Source of the DNA: a virus | Taxonomy: Duplodnaviria > Caudoviricetes | Direction: 5' to 3' (one strand) | Length of the DNA stretch: 63,594 nucleotides | IMG/VR virus record: IMGVR_UViG_3300035212_000241 | Span: 1-63,594 of that record | Shown here: one piece after another, positions 30,614 to 39,946 of the stretch | Layout: every line of letters begins with the position of its first letter | Position numbering within the stretch: position 1 is the stretch's first letter | Position numbers and translations under genes: made by a program | The notes under the pieces: model-generated | Database searches by the model: none | What the model was told of the DNA's origin: nothing | The model's input: only the letters and a program-made list of their open reading frames with translations

Positions 30614-30714
30614 TACCCTGCGGCATCGGATTGAACGACACTTAAAGCTGAAGAAATTAAATGATATCTATGCTAAACTTAGCTTTGTTTTTCGCCACAT
30701 AAACTACGCAGGGC
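30614..30714 (-). ncRNA. tRNA-like RNA without a canonical anticodon loop (element B)
   Basis: (G)CCCTGCG/CGCAGGG(T)A acceptor; TA; D arm GTTT-ATGTGGCGAA-AAAC; AAGCTAAG/CTT(C)AGCTT stem with a 24-nt loop; T arm GTGTCG-TTCAATC-CGATGC; fills the intergenic gap. Confidence 0.72.
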
Positions 30715-30716
30715 TA

Positions 30717-31100
30717 TTAGGTGAATCTAATGTATTTAAATGATTTTTGTTTGTCGAAGTACATCATAAACTCGTCGTCAACCCATTGCACGGTACCAGC
30801 AAGCCCCTGAATCTTAGCATAAATAATGCCATCCTCGCAAGACCATATCACTACCGGATTGAGCCGCTTGTCGGTAAGCTTCACCATCTTCTTTGCTGTC
30901 ATCCCAAGGGGATAGGCATCGCGCATTGTCTTGACCCTGCTACCAACCTCAGCATAGGCGATGAGCTGACCGGAGGCATCAAAGACTTTGTAGTCGATGT
31001 CATTCTGATCGAGCTTCTGATAGGAGCCACCGAACATATTAACGAATAGGTCAATGGCTCTCTTCTCCCTTCTCTGTTCCTCACTCGGCTGCAACTGCAT
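30717..31100 (-). CDS. PD-(D/E)xK-fold nuclease-like protein
   Basis: IDYKV...AYAEVG motif; the expected ExK lysine is replaced by Gly. Confidence 0.45.
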   Translation of the reverse strand: MQLQPSEEQRREKRAIDLFVNMFGGSYQKLDQNDIDYKVFDASGQLIAYAEVGSRVKTMRDAYPLGMTAKKMVKLTDKRLNPVVIWSCEDGIIYAKIQGLAGTVQWVDDEFMMYFDKQKSFKYIRFT

Positions 31101-31428
31101 CTTTGACTACTTCAAATACCAGTTCATTGACCTTAGTAAGAAACTCCTCTTGTTTATTGATAGGCACATGAGCGAGTAGTGACATGGTCTCAGCCATTAC
31201 AGCTACATTCTCAAAGTTCATAGCAGCAAGCGTCTGTCGCTCCTTGGTCTGCATCTTTGTCTGGGCAGCTATTAAAAAGTTCTCAATATTGTTTTTGAGA
31301 TTTTTAAATTGCATCTTGGTGTGAGACTGCATAGTCTCGGGGTTAATCTCAACGATTGCGTAGCGTACTGTGTTAAGCGCGCTGATGAGTAGCCATAGGT
31401 CAGCCAACCTTTTGTTTTGTGAATCCAT
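31081..31428 (-). CDS. Hypothetical helical protein
   Basis: 115 aa ORF in operon. Confidence 0.6.
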   Translation of the reverse strand: MDSQNKRLADLWLLISALNTVRYAIVEINPETMQSHTKMQFKNLKNNIENFLIAAQTKMQTKERQTLAAMNFENVAVMAETMSLLAHVPINKQEEFLTKVNELVFEVVKDAVAAE

Positions 31429-31441
31429 TGATTTGATTAAA

Positions 31442-31684
31442 TTAAATTGGTTTAAAAATTTCTACTTTAATTCCTTTGTCTGCCAGCTCTTGGTGCCTGA
31501 ACTCCTGAAGCTTTGATACCTTTCCATTAGGACCTTTCACCTCGATGAACAGCACGTCAGAGTTGGGCGGTATAGCTATGAGGTCAGGAATTCCCGATTT
31601 ATTGGTTACGGTCAACTTAATGACATAGTAGCCCTGAGCCTCAAGCTCCTTAATCTTCTTGGCCTGTATCTGTTGCTCCTTCAC
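31442..31684 (-). CDS. VRR-NUC nuclease / Holliday junction resolvase
   Basis: EQQIQAK...GIPDL...FIEVK...SKLQ. Confidence 0.85.
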   Translation of the reverse strand: MKEQQIQAKKIKELEAQGYYVIKLTVTNKSGIPDLIAIPPNSDVLFIEVKGPNGKVSKLQEFRHQELADKGIKVEIFKPI

Positions 31685-31971
31685 GATGTTGTGACAAAGT
31701 TAAAGAATTTATTAGCATCTGCGCAGTCCATTACAAGACGCTCAAGCTTTTTCTTATCCCTTGCGTCAATGACAAAGCGATTGCCGGCAAAGTATTGGTA
31801 TGGGTAGCAGCTCTCGTCAAGGTCAATCTCCTCCAATTGGAAAGCGATGATGCCTTGGGGTAGTACTACCTGGGCGAAGTTGATATGGTATGCTTCACCA
31901 TCTTTTACCCACTTGCTGAGTGGGAAGTCTGCTGGACGGTCCCTATCGTCAATGCAAATACATCTTATCAT
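31681..31971 (-). CDS. Hypothetical protein
   Basis: 96 aa, coupled ORF. Confidence 0.6.
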   Translation of the reverse strand: MIRCICIDDRDRPADFPLSKWVKDGEAYHINFAQVVLPQGIIAFQLEEIDLDESCYPYQYFAGNRFVIDARDKKKLERLVMDCADANKFFNFVTTS

Positions 31972-32240
31972 TTTTTTGTTGATTTTTTGTTTTGACCATT
32001 TCTTGCCCTGTTAGTACCTTTGGCCTCAGGGACAAGCTTTCCTGACTTTGTATGGCTCATATCTTTGCCATCACCGTTACCGTAGGTGCCAGCCTCACGG
32101 TTCTTCTTATTTAGCTCGGCTCGGTACTTCTTGCGCTCCTCAGTCTGATGGTACGCCTTGTCATAGGCAATCTTCTTGGCTCTGCGCTCCTCTGACATAT
32201 TGCCGTAGCTTGGATGCTTTCCTGCGAGTTTATTCTTCAT
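31968..32240 (-). CDS. Basic HNH-like protein (truncated/degenerate)
   Basis: GDGKDMSH...NRARN motif resembles small phage HNH proteins. Confidence 0.5.
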   Translation of the reverse strand: MKNKLAGKHPSYGNMSEERRAKKIAYDKAYHQTEERKKYRAELNKKNREAGTYGNGDGKDMSHTKSGKLVPEAKGTNRARNGQNKKSTKK

Positions 32241-32249
32241 ATCAATAGT

Positions 32250-32996
32250 TTAATCTATATTACAAAAACATTCAATGTCATTATCGAACAAATTTAATTG
32301 TTCTTTTGACATTTTTAGTAATTCACTTACTGAATAGTTTTTATTAAAAGTTGAACCTATAAAATCTTCCATTTTAATCCACCAATCTGCAATTTGTGGC
32401 ATTTCTTTTAAAATATTTTGTTTTTTACTAATTTTTTTATGAAAACACAAATCACAGTTACCTAAATGTGTATGTATATTTAAATCAAAAGGATGCTGTT
32501 TCCAAAATTCTTTAATATGATTTTCCGTTATATTGTCCTTGTATAATGGCATTACATTTTCCCATTTATTCCTATTAGAACTTTTTAATTTAAAATATCT
32601 TTTAGGCTCATCTTTTCGGATTCCTAACATCATATCAACATCATCTAAATTTACACTCTTAGATTTTAAATACCTTTGAATTGTTTTTATTTTTAATTGC
32701 AAAGTACAAGTTCGTGTCATTTCATTAGGTATAAACTTAGACTTTTTAATAAGCTGCTCAAATGGTTTGCCATCTCTATTTGCTGTTTCAAAATTTACAA
32801 CTTTAAATTTTTCTTTGTTATCAGTTGTATATTCAAGCCAGACAATTTCCTTGTCAAAGTATTCGCCACACTTACGAATAAAATCTAAAGTTCCATCTGC
32901 TTCTTTTCCTGTGTTGCAAAATATAGCTAAGTCAAATTCATAATTAGCAAGCATATATGCAGATGTCCTACCACCGCTAAATGATAATACTTTCAT
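32250..32996 (-). CDS. PAPS-reductase-like (adenine nucleotide alpha-hydrolase) protein
   Basis: SFSGGRTS PP-loop, NTGKE, CTxxLK, GIRxDE, GNCDLCF and terminal CFC; AT-rich. Confidence 0.8.
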   Translation of the reverse strand: MKVLSFSGGRTSAYMLANYEFDLAIFCNTGKEADGTLDFIRKCGEYFDKEIVWLEYTTDNKEKFKVVNFETANRDGKPFEQLIKKSKFIPNEMTRTCTLQLKIKTIQRYLKSKSVNLDDVDMMLGIRKDEPKRYFKLKSSNRNKWENVMPLYKDNITENHIKEFWKQHPFDLNIHTHLGNCDLCFHKKISKKQNILKEMPQIADWWIKMEDFIGSTFNKNYSVSELLKMSKEQLNLFDNDIECFCNID

Positions 32997-34447
32997 ATCA
33001 ATAGTTTTTTGAAGTGTTGCAAAGTATAGTCCATCTTTTTTGTCACTGCATTGTACACGTCATACTCAATGCCTCCCTCTGTAAATATCCAGTACACGTC
33101 ATTGACAAGTCGGTCCTTGGTAGTCATCCTATCCTTGGCTTGCCAATAGCTCGTGGCGCTGAAGTCAATGTTATAAAACACCAGGCAGTCAGCCTCCTTG
33201 AGGGAGATGCCCTCACGTCCGGAGACAATTTGCAGCGCAATGTTTTTATCGGTCTCATTGAACTCGTCTAGCTCTGTAGTAAGACTATCATCAAAGACTT
33301 GTTTGAGGGCATTAAGCTCCTCCTTAAACTTGTAGAAGATGCCAATCTTCTTATCTTTGAAGCAATACTTTATGTACTCAGCCTTGCTTGTGTCAATGAC
33401 CATTGAATTTCCGCTCTCAAATTTAATGGTTCCTGAGCAAAGTTGGTGAACTTTTGACAATAATTTTACTGGAGTATCTGCTAAAATTATTTCTTTCTCA
33501 CCTTGGATGACTAAGTCCTTCTTGAGCTTGTCAATCAACCTATGCGTTGATGGCTTCATAGCCACAGTAAGTATCGTCTCATTCACAGTGCTTGTGAACC
33601 CTGCCTCCTGCTGCGTGAAGTTGATGGTGTATGGGCGCATCTCGTCAAGTATTGTCTCCTTACCTCCAGAATAGTCCTTGATCATCAGTCCGTTTATCTT
33701 GCGCTCAGCGACCTTGACATAGTCATCGCAGAAGCGGTAGAAGTTTTTGTACTGATAAAATGGATTTGTTGGTATGGCATATACCTGGTGGTACATCTGC
33801 GAGTAGCTCTCCGGTGTTGGCGTGCCTGACAGCAGGATGACCTTCGGGTTGCATTTCCTGATGAGGTCTTTAACCTGCTCTGCTCGCTTGCTTGGCTTTG
33901 GAAAAGCTCCCATGCTATGTGCCTCATCGCAGATGATTAAGTCCCATTTGAATAAGTCCATCACGGTATGCAGGCTCTCGTAGTTGATGACCTTGAGCAG
34001 ATATCTCGGCTTGAGCTTTTTGTAGTCATCCTCAATTGAGGTCATTGCCTTTTTCTTGGTGATGAAGAGAACTTTACCGGAGGTGACTTTGTCAGCTATG
34101 CCGAGTGAGGTGAGGGTCTTACCGGTGCGCACCTCCATTGCGAGGTAGATGAACCCATGCCTCTTTAGCTTCTCAGTACCCTCGCTGATGATGTCGAGTT
34201 GGTAGGGCCTGAATTGTACTTGTTCCATTGTGTTTTCCATGAATAGTTTTTTGTAGTGTGTTACGCTATTGATAATCTTGTTGTATTGGATCGGATGTGT
34301 GTCGTACTTATTGACCTGCTCGGTAATGATTGCCTTACCTCTTCCGACTGTACGACTAACCTTGGTATCGACAATCTTTTTTAGCAGCTCGCATCGCTCC
34401 CACATATCAATATCCGATAGGCCTGGCACTCGCTCGATGATACTCAC
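32993..34447 (-). CDS. SNF2-like superfamily 2 helicase
   Basis: RTGKT Walker A, DEAH, SGTP, EGISL, QAKDR. Confidence 0.85.
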   Translation of the reverse strand: MSIIERVPGLSDIDMWERCELLKKIVDTKVSRTVGRGKAIITEQVNKYDTHPIQYNKIINSVTHYKKLFMENTMEQVQFRPYQLDIISEGTEKLKRHGFIYLAMEVRTGKTLTSLGIADKVTSGKVLFITKKKAMTSIEDDYKKLKPRYLLKVINYESLHTVMDLFKWDLIICDEAHSMGAFPKPSKRAEQVKDLIRKCNPKVILLSGTPTPESYSQMYHQVYAIPTNPFYQYKNFYRFCDDYVKVAERKINGLMIKDYSGGKETILDEMRPYTINFTQQEAGFTSTVNETILTVAMKPSTHRLIDKLKKDLVIQGEKEIILADTPVKLLSKVHQLCSGTIKFESGNSMVIDTSKAEYIKYCFKDKKIGIFYKFKEELNALKQVFDDSLTTELDEFNETDKNIALQIVSGREGISLKEADCLVFYNIDFSATSYWQAKDRMTTKDRLVNDVYWIFTEGGIEYDVYNAVTKKMDYTLQHFKKLLI

Positions 34448-35754
34448 AGATTAAGGTTTTTAAGAATCTTATAAAGTACGTTTACGACTATACTATTCCC
34501 TGCTTGTTTATATGCTTGTGAGTCGCTTACAGGCCAAATAAAAGTATCTGGAAAGTCCATAAGGCGAAAGCATTCACGAGGAGTTAGTCTGCGGATTTTA
34601 TAGTCTATACACACTCCATTAGGTTGAGCCGCTCTTATGCAAAATGCTTCTTGATCTTCTTTCCCTAATATAGTTCCATTTTGATAAGCAAAAGTTTTTT
34701 CGCTTTGTCCTATTTGCAATGGCTTTACTATTACATTGTCTTTTTGTACAGTTGTTATTGAATTTGTGTATTCCTCTGAATTTAATTCAAGTGTTTGCTC
34801 ATTGTTTTCTCCTCTACCTCTTATCGCTCCGCAGATAACCCCCTGATTGCATACTGTGTCCAATGTCTGAGCAACTCCTTTGCCGACTCTGCCTCGCCTT
34901 GTTTTGCTTTCGGGAAATTCTAAATTGATGCTGTCCCCTTCCGTTGCTTCCTCGTACCCTTTGGAATTTGCGGATGTGATTTTGATATAATTGTCTTGCA
35001 TAGACCTTTGCATCTTTTTTATCTCGCAAGTGATTGCATTGGCTACCTCTCTGTTGACTACTAAGTTTTCATTACCTTGCCTATCCTTTGAGATGTAACT
35101 AATCATCTTGTCACTCAAGAAAAACTTTTCATCTACCTCACTTTCTAAAACATCTTTGAGCCTTTTTGTCAATACCTCTTCAGTTGGAAAGCGGAAATTA
35201 TTATCTGCATCATCACGGATACCAATTAAAAATACTCGTTCTCGATTTTGTGGTACTCCGTGATGCTTTGCGTTTAGCACTTGCCAGTATAAGTGATAAT
35301 TAACTGAATCATCATAAGGGAACAAAACAGGCGAACCATTAACTGATTTCCCGCCTAACAAATTGACCCACTCCGAAAAAGTTTTACCGCCATTATCAGA
35401 AAGCAATCCTTTGACATTCTCAAAGATAAAAAAACGAGGTTGGTTTACTTGAATAAACTCTAAGCTATTAAAAAATAAAATACCTCTTTTGTCCTCTTTA
35501 CCTAATCTCTTTCCGGCTAAACTGAAAGCTTGGCAAGGCGGTGAGGTCATATAAATGTCAAGACTTTCTGTTGGTATCTCTCGCTCGTAAACATTTGTCG
35601 GATAATAGTCCGGCTCTCCGTAGTTGTGTATAAATGTCTGCCTTGCATACTTGTCCATATCGCAGGCAAAGACTTCCTTGTATTGAATGCCAAGTCTGTT
35701 CAGAGCCTGATTAAAAGCTCCTACTCCGCTAAAATCTGATCCTACTTTTATCAT
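34444..35754 (-). CDS. DNA (cytosine-5) methyltransferase
   Basis: DFSGVG, PPCQ, ENV, QNRER, RRLTPREC, GNS motifs; long variable region. Confidence 0.93.
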   Translation of the reverse strand: MIKVGSDFSGVGAFNQALNRLGIQYKEVFACDMDKYARQTFIHNYGEPDYYPTNVYEREIPTESLDIYMTSPPCQAFSLAGKRLGKEDKRGILFFNSLEFIQVNQPRFFIFENVKGLLSDNGGKTFSEWVNLLGGKSVNGSPVLFPYDDSVNYHLYWQVLNAKHHGVPQNRERVFLIGIRDDADNNFRFPTEEVLTKRLKDVLESEVDEKFFLSDKMISYISKDRQGNENLVVNREVANAITCEIKKMQRSMQDNYIKITSANSKGYEEATEGDSINLEFPESKTRRGRVGKGVAQTLDTVCNQGVICGAIRGRGENNEQTLELNSEEYTNSITTVQKDNVIVKPLQIGQSEKTFAYQNGTILGKEDQEAFCIRAAQPNGVCIDYKIRRLTPRECFRLMDFPDTFIWPVSDSQAYKQAGNSIVVNVLYKILKNLNL

Positions 35755-36377
35755 TTTTTATCAAAATTTGTGATGTAATTGTAATCGGTTTCATAGCCAC
35801 CCTTCTGCTCTACTGAGTAGATGTTCATGTCAATCTTGAACCCAGGGTTCTTGTCAATACGGTTGTACGTCCAAGCATTGTCCATCCATATGATGCGGTT
35901 GTTTGGGTAGATAAAGAAGTTGCCATTGTCCATCTTGAAGACATGACCGCACTTATGCTCAGGAGTCTCGCTGAAATTGGTATCAAGCATCGATCGATTC
36001 TCATGCGACCAATCAAGTGTGAATAGGTAGTTGCCTTGTCGCTTCACTCCGGTGATGGAGATGAGGTCAGCCCTTAGCCCATATAGTCTTGACCTTGTCT
36101 GCACAGAGACATAGTTACTGAAGCAGTCCCAATAGATATGCTCCGATAGTGGCAGCGTCTCAGCGTCCTTACGCCAGCAGAAAGCGTGTATCGGTCGCCT
36201 TGTCCAATTGACACCGTTCTCCAAGAAAGCCTCGAACAGTGGTGTCCGCTTCTCAATGGATGCGACGCAGTGTACGTCGCATAGGGTATGTGCGCCATAT
36301 CCTTTCTCATGATTGAACATGAACTCGTTACGGATATAGCAGGTTATTGTCGGTATGTCGTGATTTAAGTAAGCCAT
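35751..36377 (-). CDS. Conserved phage protein (MAYLNHDIP...EHKCGH...YPNNR)
   Basis: 208 aa from ATG 36377; motif set seen in many aquatic phages. Confidence 0.65.
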   Translation of the reverse strand: MAYLNHDIPTITCYIRNEFMFNHEKGYGAHTLCDVHCVASIEKRTPLFEAFLENGVNWTRRPIHAFCWRKDAETLPLSEHIYWDCFSNYVSVQTRSRLYGLRADLISITGVKRQGNYLFTLDWSHENRSMLDTNFSETPEHKCGHVFKMDNGNFFIYPNNRIIWMDNAWTYNRIDKNPGFKIDMNIYSVEQKGGYETDYNYITNFDKK

Positions 36378-36378
36378 G

Positions 36379-36527
36379 TTATTGTTTTTTAATGATGATA
36401 TAAGCAATAGCAGGTGGGGCTTGGTTATACCAACAAGTCAATGCACATTTGAAATGCTAGCCTTCCCTCTTATGTGCTGTGCTACTCACTCTGCTACTGC
36501 CGTATCTTATTGTTTTTTAATGATGAT
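36379..36527 (-). ncRNA. Structured RNA (36403-36501) flanked by identical 21-bp direct repeats
   Basis: ttattgttttttaatgatgat at 36379-36399 and 36507-36527; 11-bp stem GGCAGTAGCAG/CTGCTATTGCT enclosing GCACAT/ATGTGC and TTGGT-ATA-ACCAA. Confidence 0.6.
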
Positions 36528-38888
36528 CCATCTACCCATTTGGTCTCTGCCCTCCTCAGGCATAACGCCCTCCTTGAATTGAGCATAGGCAATGAGCCAT
36601 TTATAAAACTTGGTCCGGCTGATAGCCATCTTTGCCTTAGGCCCATAGTCAGGGTACTCATCGACAAATATGTTGTACAGCTCATTTTTGTATAGCCTCT
36701 TATCAGTGGCAACATTAGGCTCAGAGTCATTGATAAGGCCACACCACTCAATGAACTCGTGGCAGGTCTCAGCAGATAGCTTACGGACATTGAGGTTGAC
36801 ATGGCTCGTCTTGATAAGTCCTGCATCCAAATAGTTCTGCAAGCATCCGATCATATAGTTGTCGAACTCGCACCAGTCAACATCGTCCCAATCCCCGAAC
36901 ATCAGCTTGCCAAACTCATCTTGTGGCGTGTAGCTCTTGGAGTAGTGCTGATGTAGCTCCAGCTCCCACTTACGTCGCTCAAAGCTATTGCCTGCACCCT
37001 TGATGGCATAGTTGGTGGTGATGGCTATCTTGGGTGACTTGCTTAACGGTATCTTGATAGCGTCCTTGTTCTTCTTCTCAAGCGTCAGTCCCTCAGTGAT
37101 GAGTGAAAAGAGTCGCTCGAACTCAAAGTGCTTCTTGACATCGTCAAAGACAAGTATCTGTGTATCGGCAGATACCAATTGATAAGCGAATGACTTTTGG
37201 AAGTCGAAGAGCTTGCCATCAATCGTCACCACCTTTTTCATCTTACCTAAGGCGTTGATGATGATGCCCTTGCCTGTACCACCCTCAGGGTTATCGGAGA
37301 TTACCTCATCGTTAAAGATGACAGCCGGACAGAACGATAGGTTCTTAAAGCCATGCAGCAGGAATCCGATGGTACTCTCCATCGACGTGATGCGGCTCTC
37401 ATCATTCTTGTTGATGTTATAGATGAATGTCCTAAAGTCGCACTGGTTGGTGACACCACAGATAGAGAAGTTCCGGTCAATGACGTGGTCTTTCCAAACG
37501 TAACCACCAAGGTCAATGTAGTCAATGGTGCGTATCTCATCCTTGGTAATCTTGACAGCGCAGTTCTTATAGTAGAGGTAGCTGCTGTGCTTGGTATCCT
37601 CAATGAAGTATATCTCGATGGTGGCTAGTAGCGACAAGAACTCCTCTTTAAAGAATCGTGTCTGGTCAGCGAAGTAGTTATAGACTGACACGTCATCCAT
37701 CTGTAGCAGGTAGTTTAGCACATAGTCCTTGATCTCCTTCTCCGAGGTATGGTCAATGAGGTTGTTGGTTACCCTGATGAAGATGTAGTTCTTGCTACCC
37801 TCAGGGAAGTATTTGTAGAAGCCACTGTCCTCTAAGAAGTTCTTGAAGAGCAGATGGTCAATCTTTATAGACCCCTTGTCTGACTTAGTCCAGAAGGTTA
37901 TCTTTGAGTTCTCCTCCTCAACCCTCTGTAGTACTGCGTCAATCACATCGCCATCAAGGCTGGAGTCTTGAACAAGCTGATAGCGAATCTCTTTTTTTGG
38001 CACACCCCTCCGGACCTTAGCTCTGATGGTGTTGACCTGCTCCTCATCCTCGTAGTACTTTGTCCCAAAGTTGCCTACGTTCTTGTATGCGCTGTCAATG
38101 GTTGCTTGTATCTCGCTAAGCGTAAAGTCAGCGGTAGCGTATTGGTTTAAGACGTATGAGGCTAGTGACTTGTTAACACCAAAGTCATTCAATGCCATTG
38201 CTAAGATATAGGTGTTATGGTTGCGCTGTCCCTCAGCCATCGGGTACTTTTTCGTCCACCATTTGACCAGGATGTCCACTATCTTATTCTCGTCAGAGAT
38301 TGGTATAGTAGGCTTGTCCTTGTACTTATACACCTCAGTGTACTCAGGCTCTTCAATTAAGTCCCAGATTGAGGACTTCTCATTGACATAGATATGTGGG
38401 TCGTATGACTCGTAGCATACGCGCGATAAGTTCTTGCTCGTCTTGTCAAAGTATTGCGAGGCGAAGTACTTCTCTAAGGAGTTGAAGTAGTGCGTATGGC
38501 TGTCCGGATCAGCAGGAATCTTTACCAATACCTTGAGGCCATTGCCTGATGGAGAGATGAAAACAGAGTAAACGTATTTGTTTTTCGACAAGGTCTCCTT
38601 GTCATGGAGTAAATCTTTTTGTTTCTCGTAGCCATCAAAGTCAAGACAGATGATACCACTATGCTCAAGCAGCGCGTTGTCATTTCGCTTCTTAAAAGTT
38701 CCGGAGAAGCATATTGCAGGGAGCAATTTTTTAATCTCATTTCGCTCCGATTTATTCTTTTCATTCCTGATTTGCTTGACAAGGTCCTTCGAAGCACCAT
38801 CCCTAATTCGGAGAATAATAGCATTTATGTCTCTATGGAAGGGGGTATCAACTTCTTTTATATTTTGAAATATTGTTATTATCGGCAT
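36507..38888 (-). CDS. Primase-helicase (BT4734/VirE_N-like primase + PriCT + P-loop helicase)
   Basis: CLDFD and FISPSGNGLK, EGQRNH, GGTGKG Walker A, FDD, TTN. Confidence 0.88.
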   Translation of the reverse strand: MPIITIFQNIKEVDTPFHRDINAIILRIRDGASKDLVKQIRNEKNKSERNEIKKLLPAICFSGTFKKRNDNALLEHSGIICLDFDGYEKQKDLLHDKETLSKNKYVYSVFISPSGNGLKVLVKIPADPDSHTHYFNSLEKYFASQYFDKTSKNLSRVCYESYDPHIYVNEKSSIWDLIEEPEYTEVYKYKDKPTIPISDENKIVDILVKWWTKKYPMAEGQRNHNTYILAMALNDFGVNKSLASYVLNQYATADFTLSEIQATIDSAYKNVGNFGTKYYEDEEQVNTIRAKVRRGVPKKEIRYQLVQDSSLDGDVIDAVLQRVEEENSKITFWTKSDKGSIKIDHLLFKNFLEDSGFYKYFPEGSKNYIFIRVTNNLIDHTSEKEIKDYVLNYLLQMDDVSVYNYFADQTRFFKEEFLSLLATIEIYFIEDTKHSSYLYYKNCAVKITKDEIRTIDYIDLGGYVWKDHVIDRNFSICGVTNQCDFRTFIYNINKNDESRITSMESTIGFLLHGFKNLSFCPAVIFNDEVISDNPEGGTGKGIIINALGKMKKVVTIDGKLFDFQKSFAYQLVSADTQILVFDDVKKHFEFERLFSLITEGLTLEKKNKDAIKIPLSKSPKIAITTNYAIKGAGNSFERRKWELELHQHYSKSYTPQDEFGKLMFGDWDDVDWCEFDNYMIGCLQNYLDAGLIKTSHVNLNVRKLSAETCHEFIEWCGLINDSEPNVATDKRLYKNELYNIFVDEYPDYGPKAKMAISRTKFYKWLIAYAQFKEGVMPEEGRDQMGRWIIIKKQ

Positions 38889-38912
38889 AATTTAACTATT
38901 TTATGTACTTTT

Positions 38913-39075
38913 AATGTCAATTTAATGTCGATTTTAAAACTATAATTAGTTAATAATTAACTATTTAGAATTAAAATGTCGAAAATGTCGAAAAGTCTAT
39001 ATGTATGTATAAAAAAAAATAAAGAAGAGTAAATTTATGAATAGAGAAATAGGGAAATAAAAAATCATTGCGACA
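38913..39075. repeat. Origin-like iteron cluster, copy 1
   Basis: AATGTC(A/G)A iterons, AATGTCGAAAATGTCGAAAA at 38975-38994, AT-rich, upstream of primase. Confidence 0.6.
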
Positions 39076-39081
39076 TGGGTC

Positions 39082-39110
39082 AAAAAAGAGGGGAGCGATT
39101 CTCTCCCCTC
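39082..39110 (-). terminator. Intrinsic terminator after the SSB-like gene
   Basis: GAGGGGAG-AGAATCG-CTCCCCTC-TTTTTT on the - strand; a 10-bp hairpin also lies at 39147-39170. Confidence 0.8.
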
Positions 39111-39170
39111 AACACATGGAAACACACAACAAAAAATCATTACCACCATTCCGTTGGTCTCAACGAAATG

Positions 39171-39515
39171 CTAAAATGGAAGCTCATCATCCACATCTTC
39201 GTCCGTCATCTGCAATTGCGACTTGGATTTATTTGGAGACTGTGCCTTATTCGTTACAGATTTGGCTTCTGCGACACTTTCTCTATCCTTTGGGGTGTAT
39301 GTATCCAACTCGATATAAAAGTTCCCTGTGCGGGCTTTTTTTACATCCAAGTTAATCCACCCATTCTTTTGGTGCTGTTTGATGAACTCAATAGCTGCAT
39401 CAATCTTCAGCGATAAGCGGCCTACAACGAACTCCGGAGCATTCTCAGAGCGTTTGAACGTGAAGCCATCAGCGAAAACTTTCTCTTCCATTTGATTTGA
39501 ATTTATAAAATACAC
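39171..39515 (-). CDS. Single-stranded DNA-binding protein-like
   Basis: Beta-rich core, acidic tail ending DDELPF, next to recombinase genes; likely start at MEEKVF. Confidence 0.65.
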   Translation of the reverse strand: MYFINSNQMEEKVFADGFTFKRSENAPEFVVGRLSLKIDAAIEFIKQHQKNGWINLDVKKARTGNFYIELDTYTPKDRESVAEAKSVTNKAQSPNKSKSQLQMTDEDVDDELPF

Positions 39516-39946
39516 AATATTGTTTGCATCAATTTGTTTTCCTTGCCTATGCCTAGCATCTCAATATCCATACCATTACCTCGCATCTTAATCCTTGCGA
39601 CCGGTACTCTTGTCATGATCTCTAGGTACTCATATGGAAAAAAAACTTTTATCTCGATAACGTGCTGGCCAACAGCATCACTGTAAATCGTCTTGCCACT
39701 CTCGGCAAATACACCTCTAACAATAGTGCTGTCAGTTAGGATTACCTCAAAGGCATTATTCATGTCGAATGCTACTCTTTTTGATAGGAACATATACATC
39801 TCAAGATACTTGAAGTCACCATCTTTTTTGGGTGTAGCCATTACACCAGATAGGTCACGGTTGTAAGCCAATATCTGCTTTGTGTTGCAGTCTTGCGCCT
39901 TGGCACTTAGCGCAAACAAAAATAATAAAAAGATTGTCGTTCTCAT
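39503..39946 (-). CDS. Exported protein with Sec signal peptide
   Basis: MRTTIFLLFLFALSAKA-Q: AxA cleavage site followed by Gln. Confidence 0.6.
   Translation of the reverse strand: MRTTIFLLFLFALSAKAQDCNTKQILAYNRDLSGVMATPKKDGDFKYLEMYMFLSKRVAFDMNNAFEVILTDSTIVRGVFAESGKTIYSDAVGQHVIEIKVFFPYEYLEIMTRVPVARIKMRGNGMDIEMLGIGKENKLMQTILCIL

Noticed and set aside
29817-30714. Canonical or intron-containing tRNA genes
   Set aside because: No 7-nt anticodon loop can be assigned, and the inserts are far too short for group I/II introns; reported as tRNA-like instead.
36403-36501. Twister or pistol ribozyme (GAGGG and CAAGCCC words)
   Set aside because: The cleavage-site UAA and the P4/pseudoknot geometry could not be fitted convincingly by eye.
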